Shown: piece after piece, positions 26,868 to 36,219 of the stretch | Position numbering within the stretch: position 1 is the stretch's first letter | Layout: the number at the start of each line of letters is the position of its first letter | Origin: a virus | IMG/VR virus record: IMGVR_UViG_3300041409_000157 | Span: 1 to 64,000 of that record | Strand: one strand, 5' to 3' | DNA length: 64,000 nucleotides | Translations under genes and position numbers: made by a program | Notes under the pieces: model-generated | Seen by the model: only the letters and a program-made list of their open reading frames with translations | What the model was told of the DNA's origin: nothing | Database searches by the model: none

Positions 26868-27064
26868 AACCCAACGTGGACACAATCGTAATAACCCACA
26901 CTGGAGCACCCCTCGTGATCTTCCCTGAAGTGGCTGAAAAGCTGGGGCTTAAGCATGGCCAGAATTTGTCGGAAGAACAGTTCTGGACTACGCTAGCAGC
27001 CAACTCTTTGCGCGGGATCGAGAAATGCCATCAAGAAATTCAGGAACAAAGCTTTCCCGCATGA
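26864..27064 (+). CDS. Early hypothetical protein
   Basis: GTGA-coupled. Confidence 0.55.
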   Translation: MKPNVDTIVITHTGAPLVIFPEVAEKLGLKHGQNLSEEQFWTTLAANSLRGIEKCHQEIQEQSFPA

Positions 27065-27219
27065 CCACCACCCAGGAACTCGCCGCCCTGAAAGCCAAGT
27101 CTGACGCATGGCTTCAGGGATTCCTCCACAGTGCCAACCCCTTCTGGAGCGAGTTGCCCGAGGTGGATCTCGCCACGCAGAAGCCCGAGACGGAGCCGGA
27201 GGCTAAATCGCCACTGTAA
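27061..27219 (+). CDS. Early hypothetical protein
   Basis: ATGA-coupled, last gene of cluster. Confidence 0.5.
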   Translation: MTTTQELAALKAKSDAWLQGFLHSANPFWSELPEVDLATQKPETEPEAKSPL

Positions 27220-27437
27220 TATCCTCGTGCCGCTCCGCCTGACGGCGATCCCGGCGGCCGATGCGCTCGCCCAGCTCCGCCCGCAGCGCACGCCCCCGGG
27301 CCGAGCAGTCATCCGTCAATGCCATCAGCGCCTCCCCCGTGAGCAGGGGCAGGTCGAATTCGTGACGGATACCGTGCCGGATGCGCAGCGTCTTCATAAC
27401 TTCACCAATGGCACACTATTAGAGGAACTGCAACAGC

Positions 27438-27647
27438 TTAATCCGAGACGGTCAGGCAGTAGGTTCGCTGGCCGTTCACTTTCCGCACCTCGACGTCCAT
27501 GGCGAACACCTTCCGGCCCTCTCGCTTGAGGCGTGCGACGGTGGCGGAAAACTGTGCGCCTGAAATCCTGAGACGGAGGTCCACCGGCTTGGGCTTGGGG
27601 GGAGCTTTGGGCGCGTCAATGTGTGGGATGGGGGCGCTTCGGCTCAT
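27438..27647 (-). CDS. Hypothetical protein
   Basis: ATGA-coupled to methyltransferase stop. Confidence 0.5.
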   Translation of the reverse strand: MSRSAPIPHIDAPKAPPKPKPVDLRLRISGAQFSATVARLKREGRKVFAMDVEVRKVNGQRTYCLTVSD

Positions 27648-28393
27648 TGGCAGTCTAGGTAGGCTCCGATGAATTCCGCGGCGAGGGGTGGGACAATGGC
27701 GTTGCCGTAGCCCCGCAGGAGCCCCACTCTTCCGGGAACCCCATAAGACGGCGATAAAACGTCGGCGACACTGAGAGTTGACAAACTTCCTCGATTGCCA
27801 GGCCACGATTCAGTGCAAATATACGTGCTTGGTCTTCCAGGTTTTTGGCATTTCCAATCCTCCACCGAGATCCCCCTGAGTCCCCTCTCCTCCTCGGTGT
27901 CTGCCACCCAGAACAATCTTTGCCGGATGTGCGGAGCACCGATGCCAGCAGCGCACAGATCGGCTGCTGCCCGGCGATAGGCCACTCTTTCCAGGTCAGC
28001 GAATACTCCGGCGAGCCATGCCCGGCCAGCCGCGCTTGCAACCTGCTCGCCAAAGCACACTGGAGGGCGGCACTGCTTGATAAGCTCGAAGAAGACAGGC
28101 CAGAGGTGTCTTGGGTCGCTGGTTCCTCCACCCGCGCCAGCAACGGAGAAGGGCTGGCATGGACAGCTTCCGGTCCACACGGGGCGGTCTTCGGGCCATC
28201 CGGCGAGGCGCAAGGCGAGCGGCCAGCCTCCAATTCCTGCAAAGCAATGCACTTGAACAAACCCGGAAAGGTCGGATAGTCGAATTTTTTGGATGTCCTG
28301 CTCATCTACGATTCCGTTCGGTATCAGCTTTCGACGAATCAATTCACGCAGCCACGCAGCCGCGTTCGGGTCATGCTCGTTGTAGTAGTTCAC
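27644..28393 (-). CDS. C5-cytosine DNA methyltransferase, alpha polypeptide
   Basis: Motif I FAGIGG, IV GSCPCQPFS, VI EQV, VIII HIRQRLF, X LRGYGNAIVP; motif IX absent; GTGA-coupled start. Confidence 0.9.
   Translation of the reverse strand: MNYYNEHDPNAAAWLRELIRRKLIPNGIVDEQDIQKIRLSDLSGFVQVHCFAGIGGWPLALRLAGWPEDRPVWTGSCPCQPFSVAGAGGGTSDPRHLWPVFFELIKQCRPPVCFGEQVASAAGRAWLAGVFADLERVAYRRAAADLCAAGIGAPHIRQRLFWVADTEEERGLRGISVEDWKCQKPGRPSTYICTESWPGNRGSLSTLSVADVLSPSYGVPGRVGLLRGYGNAIVPPLAAEFIGAYLDCQ
27655..28305 (-). CDS. C5-cytosine DNA methyltransferase, beta polypeptide nested in alternative frame
   Basis: 216-aa open frame inside alpha gene ending in motif IX-like SPTFYRRLMGFPEEW; WQTP TRD-like segment. 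Confidence 0.7.
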   Translation of the reverse strand: MSRTSKKFDYPTFPGLFKCIALQELEAGRSPCASPDGPKTAPCGPEAVHASPSPLLARVEEPATQDTSGLSSSSLSSSAALQCALASRLQARLAGHGSPEYSLTWKEWPIAGQQPICALLASVLRTSGKDCSGWQTPRRRGDSGGSRWRIGNAKNLEDQARIFALNRGLAIEEVCQLSVSPTFYRRLMGFPEEWGSCGATATPLSHPSPRNSSEPT

Positions 28394-28797
28394 CTTCCAA
28401 ACCTGCTCCCCTCCGCGCCACCCGCCGCCGCCATCCTCCGCTGGAACACCTCCACGGGCACCGTCAGTGGAAGATGCCGCACTTCCCATGTCCTCGGAGC
28501 CTCCCCCATGGCAGTCTTGTAGCGGTCAGACACTGCGGCAAGTCGATTGGGGAGCCTCTTCAGGTCATGGCCAAAGGCACCCACTGAGCAGAGCCAGTCA
28601 TCGAGCTGCTGGCCCAGGGTTTTCGCCTGCGGCCGGGTGAGATGGTCCAGGCAGTCGGGGATGCCGTAGCCAGTGCCGTCACGAGTAATCACGTCGAGGT
28701 GTGCTGCTTCGGCGGTCTGGTAGCTGACCACGCCCCGGAACATGCCGACGCGGAGCGCGAAGGCGGTGCCGGAAGGGATGATGTGGACGTGGGTCAC
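28390..28797 (-). CDS. Hypothetical protein
   Basis: Coupled ORF. Confidence 0.6.
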   Translation of the reverse strand: MTHVHIIPSGTAFALRVGMFRGVVSYQTAEAAHLDVITRDGTGYGIPDCLDHLTRPQAKTLGQQLDDWLCSVGAFGHDLKRLPNRLAAVSDRYKTAMGEAPRTWEVRHLPLTVPVEVFQRRMAAAGGAEGSRFGR

Positions 28798-29051
28798 GTG
28801 CGCATTCCCGTCATCTTTTTACACCACTCAAGGTCACTCTTAGCAAGCTGCTGCTCACGAAACGAGGTTGCTTCCTTGATGATAATTTTTAGCAGTCTCA
28901 CCTGCCGGTCCTTGTTGCGGTATTGCTCGCACCGCTCATCGCTTGGGGGAACTTCCCTGTCGCAATGCGGGCAGATGGTCTTCGGAGCGGCCTTCACCGC
29001 CTCTACATCCTTCAGCCATTGCTCAATCTCTTTAATTTCAAGTGCTGTCAT
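28794..29051 (-). CDS. Hypothetical protein (CxxC)
   Basis: Coupled ORF. Confidence 0.55.
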   Translation of the reverse strand: MTALEIKEIEQWLKDVEAVKAAPKTICPHCDREVPPSDERCEQYRNKDRQVRLLKIIIKEATSFREQQLAKSDLEWCKKMTGMRT

Positions 29052-29683
29052 GGGGTGTTTCGTTTGAGGTTTTTTGCGATTCCGATAAGCAGTTCACGGA
29101 ATGCTGCCGGGGTGTGAATGCGTGGAGTGCTGTCTGTGCCTCCACCGCGTGCGCCGACCTCCCCAAGACGCTTTGCACGTTTCAGTCCCATTCGAGCTAC
29201 CACAACCGGGTCGTATTGAGCTTCGGTGTGCCCCCAAGTCAGTTCCTGCAGTTCCACTCCGCAAACATAAAGCATGGTCGGCTTTCTAGCGTAATGCCCA
29301 TAGCGACCCTGTTCCACACAACATGTCCACCCGCCGAGCGTATCAGCGGAAATCCATCCACCAGAACGCGGTGGAACCTTCAGCCAAAAGTGCGGCCATG
29401 CGTGGCTCTGCCATGGGTGCTCCAGCACGCCGCCCCATTGACGCACGGCCTCCAGCGCAGCCTTGAAGCATCCCCCGTCATCACCCTTCACCTTTCGCAC
29501 GCCGGTCAGCTTCACGGCGAGCGGTTGTCCGAACCACATTTTCCCCCAGCGTTGGCATGGTGGATGAGCAACCACTGGATGCGGCCCAGCGTATAGCCTG
29601 GCGTCACGACTTTCCGGCCATGCGTCCACGTCGGGAAGTCCGACGTAGCAACCACCTTCTTGGACGAATAAGGCAGCGATCAT
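29048..29683 (-). CDS. Minimal C5-methyltransferase-like phage protein
   Basis: RDARLY..VVAHPPCQRW, GGVLEHP, YGH..RKPT motifs. Confidence 0.65.
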   Translation of the reverse strand: MIAALFVQEGGCYVGLPDVDAWPESRDARLYAGPHPVVAHPPCQRWGKMWFGQPLAVKLTGVRKVKGDDGGCFKAALEAVRQWGGVLEHPWQSHAWPHFWLKVPPRSGGWISADTLGGWTCCVEQGRYGHYARKPTMLYVCGVELQELTWGHTEAQYDPVVVARMGLKRAKRLGEVGARGGGTDSTPRIHTPAAFRELLIGIAKNLKRNTP

Positions 29684-30045
29684 ATCGCCATCTCCATCTG
29701 CCCGCGCATGGGCGTCAGGTCATGCGCCTTTAGGAACGCCCGCGCCAGCGCAGCACTGCCAAGGGTCCATGCGAAAACGATGCGGCCCTTCTGCGCAGCG
29801 ACCTTGGAGTTGCGCCAGATGGTCGTCTTCCTGATGACGCCCGCTCGGGCGAGCACCTTAAAAGAATTTCCAACCGCGTTTCTCGCGTCTGCTGGAACCT
29901 TGGAGAAGTCCGTCTCGTCGGGCCACAGGAGCGGCTTCCGCTCGTCCAATGCGGCGCGGGCGATGGCTTCCATGGCGGAGCGAAGGTCGGCTGGCTTGAA
30001 GCAGAGCATTAGGGCAATGGCGTCATCCTGGGTGGGTGTGCTCAT
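29680..30045 (-). CDS. Hypothetical protein (possible wHTH)
   Basis: NAVGNSFKVLARAGVI pattern. Confidence 0.6.
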   Translation of the reverse strand: MSTPTQDDAIALMLCFKPADLRSAMEAIARAALDERKPLLWPDETDFSKVPADARNAVGNSFKVLARAGVIRKTTIWRNSKVAAQKGRIVFAWTLGSAALARAFLKAHDLTPMRGQMEMAI

Positions 30046-30047
30046 GG

Positions 30048-30404
30048 TCAGAACTGTTTCCCGCCAGCGATCAATCTGGCCTCATGCTTGTGGTCCTCGC
30101 GCTGGGCATTGAATGCCATCTTGGCGTCGAACACCTCCTGCACGTTGATGTTCGGGTGGATGCCTGCCAAGTAATCCAGCTCCCGGATGATGGCGTCCAC
30201 GATTTCCACCGCAGCCATGGGATACTGCGGCAGCTTGTCGTCCATCAGGTTCTTGCGCTCCCCCTCCAACGCTTCTGACACCTCAGAGTGAATCAGGGCC
30301 AGCAGTTCGCCACGATTGCGCTTGATGGGTTGGCCGGTGGACGGGTCTTGCCACCACTTGATGTTGGCAGCGTGGACGGTCTTGGATAGTTCGTTAAGGT
30401 TCAT
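30048..30404 (-). CDS. MazG-like NTP pyrophosphohydrolase
   Basis: LALIHSEVSEALEG..VEIVDAIIRELD..KMAFNAQR. Confidence 0.85.
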   Translation of the reverse strand: MNLNELSKTVHAANIKWWQDPSTGQPIKRNRGELLALIHSEVSEALEGERKNLMDDKLPQYPMAAVEIVDAIIRELDYLAGIHPNINVQEVFDAKMAFNAQREDHKHEARLIAGGKQF

Positions 30405-30883
30405 GGTTTGATGATGCTGTTGAAAAACTCCACCGCCTCCTCCTTGGAAAATACCACGGCGGTCCTCGCTCCAGCCTTGCGCATCCAGGCTAGCTCGCCT
30501 AGCTGGTCGGTGGTCGGTTTCTCGCCACTACGCTTTACCTCAAGGCCAAACGGCACTCCGTAGGTGCGCTTGCTAATCATATCGCTGACCATAATGCAGC
30601 CGACAAAATCCGGCACGCCCTTGCGAGAGGTTGTAGCCATGTCCATCCTCTTACGATCCCACCAAGCAATGTGGCAGATAGATCGAAGATAGCTCTCGAT
30701 CTCCTCCTGAATTACGCTCTCAAGTTTCCGGTTGGCCTTCACCAGTGTAGAGGCCTTCTTCTGCGTCACCCTCTCCCGAGATTCCGCCAGCAGACTTGCG
30801 GCGGTATCGATCTTGGGGAGCTTGCCGAGGGCGACGCGCCGGTTGTGCGCCTCGACGTCGGCCATGGTGCGGGGGATGCTCAC
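30401..30883 (-). CDS. VRR-NUC / PD-(D/E)xK nuclease (resolvase-like)
   Basis: ESVIQ..GVPDF..LEVKRSGEKPTTDQ. Confidence 0.85.
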   Translation of the reverse strand: MSIPRTMADVEAHNRRVALGKLPKIDTAASLLAESRERVTQKKASTLVKANRKLESVIQEEIESYLRSICHIAWWDRKRMDMATTSRKGVPDFVGCIMVSDMISKRTYGVPFGLEVKRSGEKPTTDQLGELAWMRKAGARTAVVFSKEEAVEFFNSIIKP

Positions 30884-31170
30884 AAGCCCTCCTTCCGGGT
30901 CCACTTGTATTCGTCCTTCGCCTCGTCGTATTCCGAGGTCCAGGTCATTTTTCCGACCACGTTTCGATGCTCTCCAAATCCGATCTTCCGCTCACGCACT
31001 TCCATCACGCGAAAATCATCCAGCGAGCCGCCGCCGCGAATGCTGTCCGGGTCATCCACGGTGATAGCCTGCATGGCGGACTCCCGAGTGAGGAACATGC
31101 CCAGCGGCCAGTATATTTCCGGGTCGGTGGCATCCACAACCTCATAGACAGCTTCAATGAATTGGCTCAT
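30880..31170 (-). CDS. Hypothetical protein
   Basis: Coupled ORF. Confidence 0.6.
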   Translation of the reverse strand: MSQFIEAVYEVVDATDPEIYWPLGMFLTRESAMQAITVDDPDSIRGGGSLDDFRVMEVRERKIGFGEHRNVVGKMTWTSEYDEAKDEYKWTRKEGL

Positions 31171-31352
31171 ACACTTTTCACTTTCGTCACCAGCTTCACC
31201 CTCACAATTTCATCCGTGGAGAACCGCTCCCTGCACTTCAGGCACTGGCGGCGGCGCAGGATGTATTCGCCCTTGTCCTGCTTGTCGATCACCCGGCTGC
31301 GGGGGTGCTGGCAGTGCGGACACCACATGGAGTTGAAGCCGGTGGGTTTCAT
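31167..31352 (-). CDS. NrdR N-terminal-like zinc ribbon protein
   Basis: CPHC..SRVID..RRRQCLKC.ERFSTDE. Confidence 0.8.
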   Translation of the reverse strand: MKPTGFNSMWCPHCQHPRSRVIDKQDKGEYILRRRQCLKCRERFSTDEIVRVKLVTKVKSV

Positions 31353-31503
31353 CGAAACCCCTTTCCACCACAGCGCGAGCACTTGGAAAGCTCATATCCT
31401 CCAACCCAATCTTTTTGAGGATTCCAGAGCATGACCGTGCCTGTGCCTTTGCATTTCGGGCAGCGCGGACGCTTTCCAGGATTAGGTGGTAGCCATGGAG
31501 TTT

Positions 31504-31917
31504 TCATACCATCGCAATAACCACATGCTTCCCATCACTCGAAAATTTGAACCGCGACACCAGCCTTGGGCGTTTCGCCACAGCGGCCACTGTGGAGGCG
31601 GTCCACGGCTTCTTCTGCTCGGGATTCCCGTTGATAATGGCCGCAAGGTCACCAGTCTTGAGCGGCCCATGAGCAGTCACGGCATCGAACAGCTTGCGTT
31701 CGGCTGGGGAGAATCCGTCAGGATCATTCCACTCAGGCACCGGCTCAAAGAGCTGCTCCGGGGAGCACCAGAAGCGGCGGCCGCAGGGCTGCTCCACGCG
31801 CACGAACTTGTGCGGTTGCTCAGAGTGCAGCTCCACGATCTTGACGTTCAGGATGCGTGCGTGCGGGGTTTCCTTGAGGGTGCACGGCTTGCCGGTGGTT
31901 AGGAGGGTGTGGTTCAT
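31504..31917 (-). CDS. Hypothetical protein
   Basis: Coupled ORF. Confidence 0.6.
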   Translation of the reverse strand: MNHTLLTTGKPCTLKETPHARILNVKIVELHSEQPHKFVRVEQPCGRRFWCSPEQLFEPVPEWNDPDGFSPAERKLFDAVTAHGPLKTGDLAAIINGNPEQKKPWTASTVAAVAKRPRLVSRFKFSSDGKHVVIAMV

Positions 31918-32183
31918 GACTCAACCCACTTTCCAAAGGTGCGCAGGAATGCCTCGGCGCGTTGCGATGCGGTAGCGCACTTGCTAATCCTCTGAGCGTA
32001 GCAATCAAGCGCACTAGTCCCGCATCCGTCGTGATTATTGTCTCTCCTCAGCACCGTCTCCGCCTCGTGCATGGCGTCGAGTGAGGTGGTGTAGTCTGGA
32101 ATCCACTGAGGATGTTTATTCAAGGATGATTCAGTCCACCCACACACCTCCGCAATCGCAATTCTCTGAGCTTCCGGTGTCAT
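31914..32183 (-). CDS. Hypothetical protein (MTPEAQRI family, paralog of 62071..62481)
   Basis: IAEVCGW..PDY..LDAMHEAE..QRAEAFLR. Confidence 0.7.
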   Translation of the reverse strand: MTPEAQRIAIAEVCGWTESSLNKHPQWIPDYTTSLDAMHEAETVLRRDNNHDGCGTSALDCYAQRISKCATASQRAEAFLRTFGKWVES

Positions 32184-32602
32184 AGCAATCCCGCTTCCTT
32201 GGCAATCATCGGGTGGTCATGCGCGAAACGGTGGGCATTCCGGCAGACACCTGTCCACCCAGCTTCATCCAGCAAACGCTTCCCACTGCGGCCAAAGCGG
32301 TGGTGAATATCCACCGCCCGGTGATTCGCCCCATGCTTCACCGCGTCGGCAAATGCCATCGCGTTGTGGATCTGGAAGTCGGCCAGGCCGCTGGCCTTCA
32401 GGTCCAGCTTGAGGATGGCTCCGCGAATAGCCTTGCAGGCATAACAGTAAGGCCGCTTCGCAAGGAACTTCTCCTTCTGCTCCCGGTAGGTGGCCATCTT
32501 GGCGGTCATGCTGGCGGAACGCTGGCGGAGGGTGCGCTTGGGCTTAGGCGCAAGCTGGCGCGGCTTGAGGCCGCCGGGCATTGATACCCACGGGGCTTTC
32601 AT
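32180..32602 (-). CDS. HNH-like nuclease
   Basis: CYAC..DIHH..GR..VCRNAH...H. Confidence 0.7.
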   Translation of the reverse strand: MKAPWVSMPGGLKPRQLAPKPKRTLRQRSASMTAKMATYREQKEKFLAKRPYCYACKAIRGAILKLDLKASGLADFQIHNAMAFADAVKHGANHRAVDIHHRFGRSGKRLLDEAGWTGVCRNAHRFAHDHPMIAKEAGLL

Positions 32603-32868
32603 TGAACTTTCAGGTTACGCAGCTTCTCCAACTTCTTCTCCATCGCGGCGATCTTTTGCAGGCGCATCTTCTCCACCCTAACCAGGGCCTCCTCCCTGGT
32701 TTGATGCCAGTCGTCGCCGTGGTAGTAACGATGAGAGAACTGGCCAACACATTCAACCACGCTTCTCCCCATCCTTCCAAGCTCGTCCACGGATTTTTCT
32801 CTGACCACTTCACCTGTCATTTCGAGAATGCCTTTGGTGAGGGCGTATTTGGTGATGAAGAATTTCAT
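32599..32868 (-). CDS. Hypothetical protein
   Basis: ITKYALTKGI..DWH.TREEA conserved-looking phage protein. Confidence 0.7.
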   Translation of the reverse strand: MKFFITKYALTKGILEMTGEVVREKSVDELGRMGRSVVECVGQFSHRYYHGDDWHQTREEALVRVEKMRLQKIAAMEKKLEKLRNLKVQ

Positions 32869-33200
32869 AATTCCTGCGGGGCTTCCCCGCGCTTGATGGC
32901 TTGCTGGCAACCGAACAGATAGAACGCCGAAAACTGGTGCTTACAGGGCTTCGGCGTGAAGTCCTTCACCTCATAGAATGGCTGCACGCGGCACCGGTAA
33001 TCGGGGCACGAACAGCGGCCTCTTCCCCAAAATTCCACCACATCCACCAGATAGGTAGCCGCCGGAGCCACCACCATGCAGCGTTTGCACACGCCGGTAG
33101 CCGTGCGGCGAAACTCCCGGTGGCAGGTGCCGCAGCGGAGCGTGTTCACGGACTCGACCGTGAAGCGCGTCTCCTCGTGTGGTAGTGGGGTGATGTTCAC
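32865..33200 (-). CDS. SWIM zinc-finger protein
   Basis: CSCPDY...CKH plus extra CxxC pair. Confidence 0.75.
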   Translation of the reverse strand: MNITPLPHEETRFTVESVNTLRCGTCHREFRRTATGVCKRCMVVAPAATYLVDVVEFWGRGRCSCPDYRCRVQPFYEVKDFTPKPCKHQFSAFYLFGCQQAIKRGEAPQEL

Positions 33201-33718
33201 GCCAAGTCCTCCACGTTGAAGATGGACTCGACGATTTCAAAGTTACCTTCATCCACGCCAGTCTCCCAGTCCACACTCCTGTGCCACTCGACCTTGTAAA
33301 GCACGCTGGCGTATGCCTCCACAATTGGTGACTTGGATGACATCTCCTTGGCGGCTTCCACAAGAAGGTCCCCGTCATCATCCAGTAATTCCCACTGTTC
33401 ACTCAGCCATGAGTAGTCAATAATCTGCCGCTCTTCTGTCCGGCGTGAGACTCCGACCACCAGATAACTGCGCGACTCGGTGCAGGCGAATGGGCAATCT
33501 CCGGGGCCGTCCACAAGCTCACCAAACTCCTCCTCGCCAACAACTTTCCAGGTCCCGTCCAGAAAGACCGCGATGTGAACTGAATCCCAGACTGGGTGTC
33601 CCTTACCGGTGAACTCATCCCCAATCTGAATCTCGCCGGGAGCTGGGTAATTCCTGTGGTCGCGCACCTCCGACAAGGATGGGAACAGTCGGTATTCCGA
33701 AGTGAGGAAAATGTTCAT
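33197..33718 (-). CDS. Acidic hypothetical protein
   Basis: ATGA-coupled ORF. Confidence 0.6.
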   Translation of the reverse strand: MNIFLTSEYRLFPSLSEVRDHRNYPAPGEIQIGDEFTGKGHPVWDSVHIAVFLDGTWKVVGEEEFGELVDGPGDCPFACTESRSYLVVGVSRRTEERQIIDYSWLSEQWELLDDDGDLLVEAAKEMSSKSPIVEAYASVLYKVEWHRSVDWETGVDEGNFEIVESIFNVEDLA

Positions 33719-34548
33719 ACCGGTGGAAGCTTGAGAATCTTCCGCAGGCCCATGCACCCCTCCTCCGGCCCCACGACACCATCCGACTCCAGCTCCTCAA
33801 TGATGGCGAATGCCTGTGCGTAGGACAGGCGCAGGCGGCGCTGGATGAGGCTGGGTGTGGCCTTTTGCTCGGAGCGGATGACTTCGATGGCTTGCTGTTT
33901 AAGTGAATCCCCCGCCGCAACAGGCTGAGTGCTTGTTTGGCACCGACTCAGCGCCGCTTGGTTTGACGCGGCTATGCCCTGTTGCGCTACCGGCACCGCC
34001 TGACCAGCATCAGGATGGGCGATCACTTTGTCGCGCTCGGTTACGGCTTGGGCCAGCACAGGCACGGGGGAAGTATCAGGTCGCGGCCTCAACGCCAAGC
34101 TACCGCAGTCTTTGGTCACGTTAACCCCGGACTGTTTCGCCGTGGGAATTATACCCACCGACCCTAAATCTGGTGCCGCAAACAACGGCAGCGGCAATTC
34201 GTAATCCTTCTTCGTCATCGGCACCTCGGCCAGAAGATGATGCTTCAGCGCATCATCCGCCGCGAAATACCGCTTGGTTCCCGCCGTAGGGTTGAACTCC
34301 ACAATGACCTCCACGGGCCGCAGCTCGGAACCCTTCACCAGCAGCTTCCGCGTGGCCTCCACGATGGACCGCTGCGCGCCAACCTTCTGCTGGAAGCCCT
34401 TGGCGATCTCCGCCAGCTCCGCATCCAGCCTGCCGATCTCCGTCAGGGCGGCGTTCTGCATGGAGGACAGGCCGTTACGCTCCTCTAAGGTGAACGTGTG
34501 TGGGAGGTCCACCACGGCGATGCCGTCAGGCTGGGGTTGGCGATTCAT
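33715..34548 (-). CDS. Protein with C-terminal FtsK gamma (wHTH) domain
   Basis: AIEVIRSEQKATPSLIQRRLRLSYAQAFAIIEELESDGVVGP. Confidence 0.8.
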   Translation of the reverse strand: MNRQPQPDGIAVVDLPHTFTLEERNGLSSMQNAALTEIGRLDAELAEIAKGFQQKVGAQRSIVEATRKLLVKGSELRPVEVIVEFNPTAGTKRYFAADDALKHHLLAEVPMTKKDYELPLPLFAAPDLGSVGIIPTAKQSGVNVTKDCGSLALRPRPDTSPVPVLAQAVTERDKVIAHPDAGQAVPVAQQGIAASNQAALSRCQTSTQPVAAGDSLKQQAIEVIRSEQKATPSLIQRRLRLSYAQAFAIIEELESDGVVGPEEGCMGLRKILKLPPV

Positions 34549-34868
34549 TGCATGAAGAAGAGATCAACGCGGATGCCGTCAGCGTTGGTGCAGACGGCCA
34601 CGTTGCGGCCATAATTCTTGTCGGCGTAGTTCTCAAAGTTCTCCTTGGACTGGCCATCCATGGAAAGGTCCAGAGCCTTGATTAGCGCACGCTTGTCGAA
34701 CGGTTGTGCCGGATCATGCGGATAGGCGATGACATCAAAGTCTTTCCTGGATTCACCCTTGAAAAGGACTGATCCAGTGAGCCCGAGGTGGAAGTTCATG
34801 CCCGCAGCGATTGGCTCCTTGCTGCGAATCCATGCCACCGCAATTTTGGGAGTGATTGTGCCGTTCAT
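34545..34868 (-). CDS. Minimal nucleotidyltransferase-fold protein
   Basis: GLTGSVL..KDFDV..RVDLF (GS, DxD, third Asp). Confidence 0.65.
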   Translation of the reverse strand: MNGTITPKIAVAWIRSKEPIAAGMNFHLGLTGSVLFKGESRKDFDVIAYPHDPAQPFDKRALIKALDLSMDGQSKENFENYADKNYGRNVAVCTNADGIRVDLFFMQ

Positions 34869-35311
34869 TGGTGCTGACTATTGCTGGTTTCCAAAGTGAC
34901 GTCAATATGAAATCGTGTTTCAGGCGAATTATTTGTCGCTGAACCCATCCGGCTTCTCCCCGCGCAAGGATGCGTAGGCGATGGCGATGGAGAGGTAGAC
35001 GGTCAGCAGGATGCCGATGGCGAGGAGGTAGTTCATTTGGAGTCTTGGATGCCAGCTTTGATGAGTGCTTTGACGTATGACTTGCTGAGTGTTCCGTCTG
35101 CGTATACATCGCGGCCAAGCAGTCAGTGATCTCCATCAGTGGAATCCCAGCCTTGCGACACGCCTTCCGCATCTTTTCGAGTTTTCGTTTTGATTCGGTT
35201 CTGCTCATGGTTTGTCTTTCTTGAAAATAATCCACAGCGCGAACACGCAGCAGATAAGGCCGCAGGTGATGGCGATGGAGGGATACTGGCCGGGTGGGAG
35301 GAAGATGGCGG

Positions 35312-35509
35312 TCATCGCTTGTTCCTTCCGGTTATCAAGCCGTAGCAGACCAGTGGAACACACAGCCACCCGAGCCAGATCGAAACCAGCAGCGACCCCA
35401 TCCAGTTGTGGAACCCTTCGCGCCCGTATTGGGCTGGGATGTAAGTGGCCAAGAAGTAGGTGGACACTGGAATGGACACCAGATAGTAGATTTCAAGGAA
35501 GTCTCTCAT
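35312..35509 (-). CDS. Small membrane protein
   Basis: Two hydrophobic segments; ATGA-coupled. Confidence 0.55.
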   Translation of the reverse strand: MRDFLEIYYLVSIPVSTYFLATYIPAQYGREGFHNWMGSLLVSIWLGWLCVPLVCYGLITGRNKR

Positions 35510-36219
35510 GGGGTTTTCGCTTTAGGCTCCGGCTTCACGACATCACAGTAGTCCCGGATGCGCCGGAGGAATGCCTTGGCGCGATCCGTGGAGAGCCGCT
35601 CGATGAGGGTCGTCGAGGAGTCGTTGAACGAGAAGATCACCGGCTTGCGCCGGGAACCGCGCTCATCCAGCGCCACGAAGATCATCTCCTCGACGGTCGG
35701 CGTGAGCCTGGATTTGAACGGGTCGTCCATGTAGAGGATGTCCACCGAGGCGATCCGGCGCATCATCAGGTCGGCGCGCTGCGATTCGTTCATCACCAGC
35801 GCGGGCCACCGGGCCAGATCGTAGGCCGAGAGCGTCAAGAGGGTGCGCCCAGCGCAGAACTCCCGCCGCAGGAGATGCCAGCAGGCGCGGGTCTTGGCCA
35901 TGCCCGTCTCGCCAGCCACCACAAGGCCCCGCTGCTGGAACTGCCAGTCCTGCACCTTGTCGAAGAACGCCTTGTCGGGGAGCAATCGGCGGTCCACTGA
36001 GAGGAATTCCGATGGGCAGATAGCCAGCCATGCTGCCTCGCGCTGCCGCCGCTCAAGGTCCAATCGTTCCGCCTTGCGCTGCTCCTCCACGATAGAGTGG
36101 CAGGTGGGGCAGAAGGCTCGCCACGCCACGAACCGGTCGAAGAGCATGGCTCCGGGGGCTTGGAACTCATTGCCGCACTCAGCGCAAGCCTTGGAGTGGT
36201 AGATGGGGTCTTCGGTCAT
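35506..36219 (-). CDS. DnaC/IstB-like AAA+ helicase loader
   Basis: N-terminal CxxC pairs, Walker A GETGMAKT, Walker B ILYMDD, DER..KPVIFSFN, RRIRD. Confidence 0.85.
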   Translation of the reverse strand: MTEDPIYHSKACAECGNEFQAPGAMLFDRFVAWRAFCPTCHSIVEEQRKAERLDLERRQREAAWLAICPSEFLSVDRRLLPDKAFFDKVQDWQFQQRGLVVAGETGMAKTRACWHLLRREFCAGRTLLTLSAYDLARWPALVMNESQRADLMMRRIASVDILYMDDPFKSRLTPTVEEMIFVALDERGSRRKPVIFSFNDSSTTLIERLSTDRAKAFLRRIRDYCDVVKPEPKAKTP

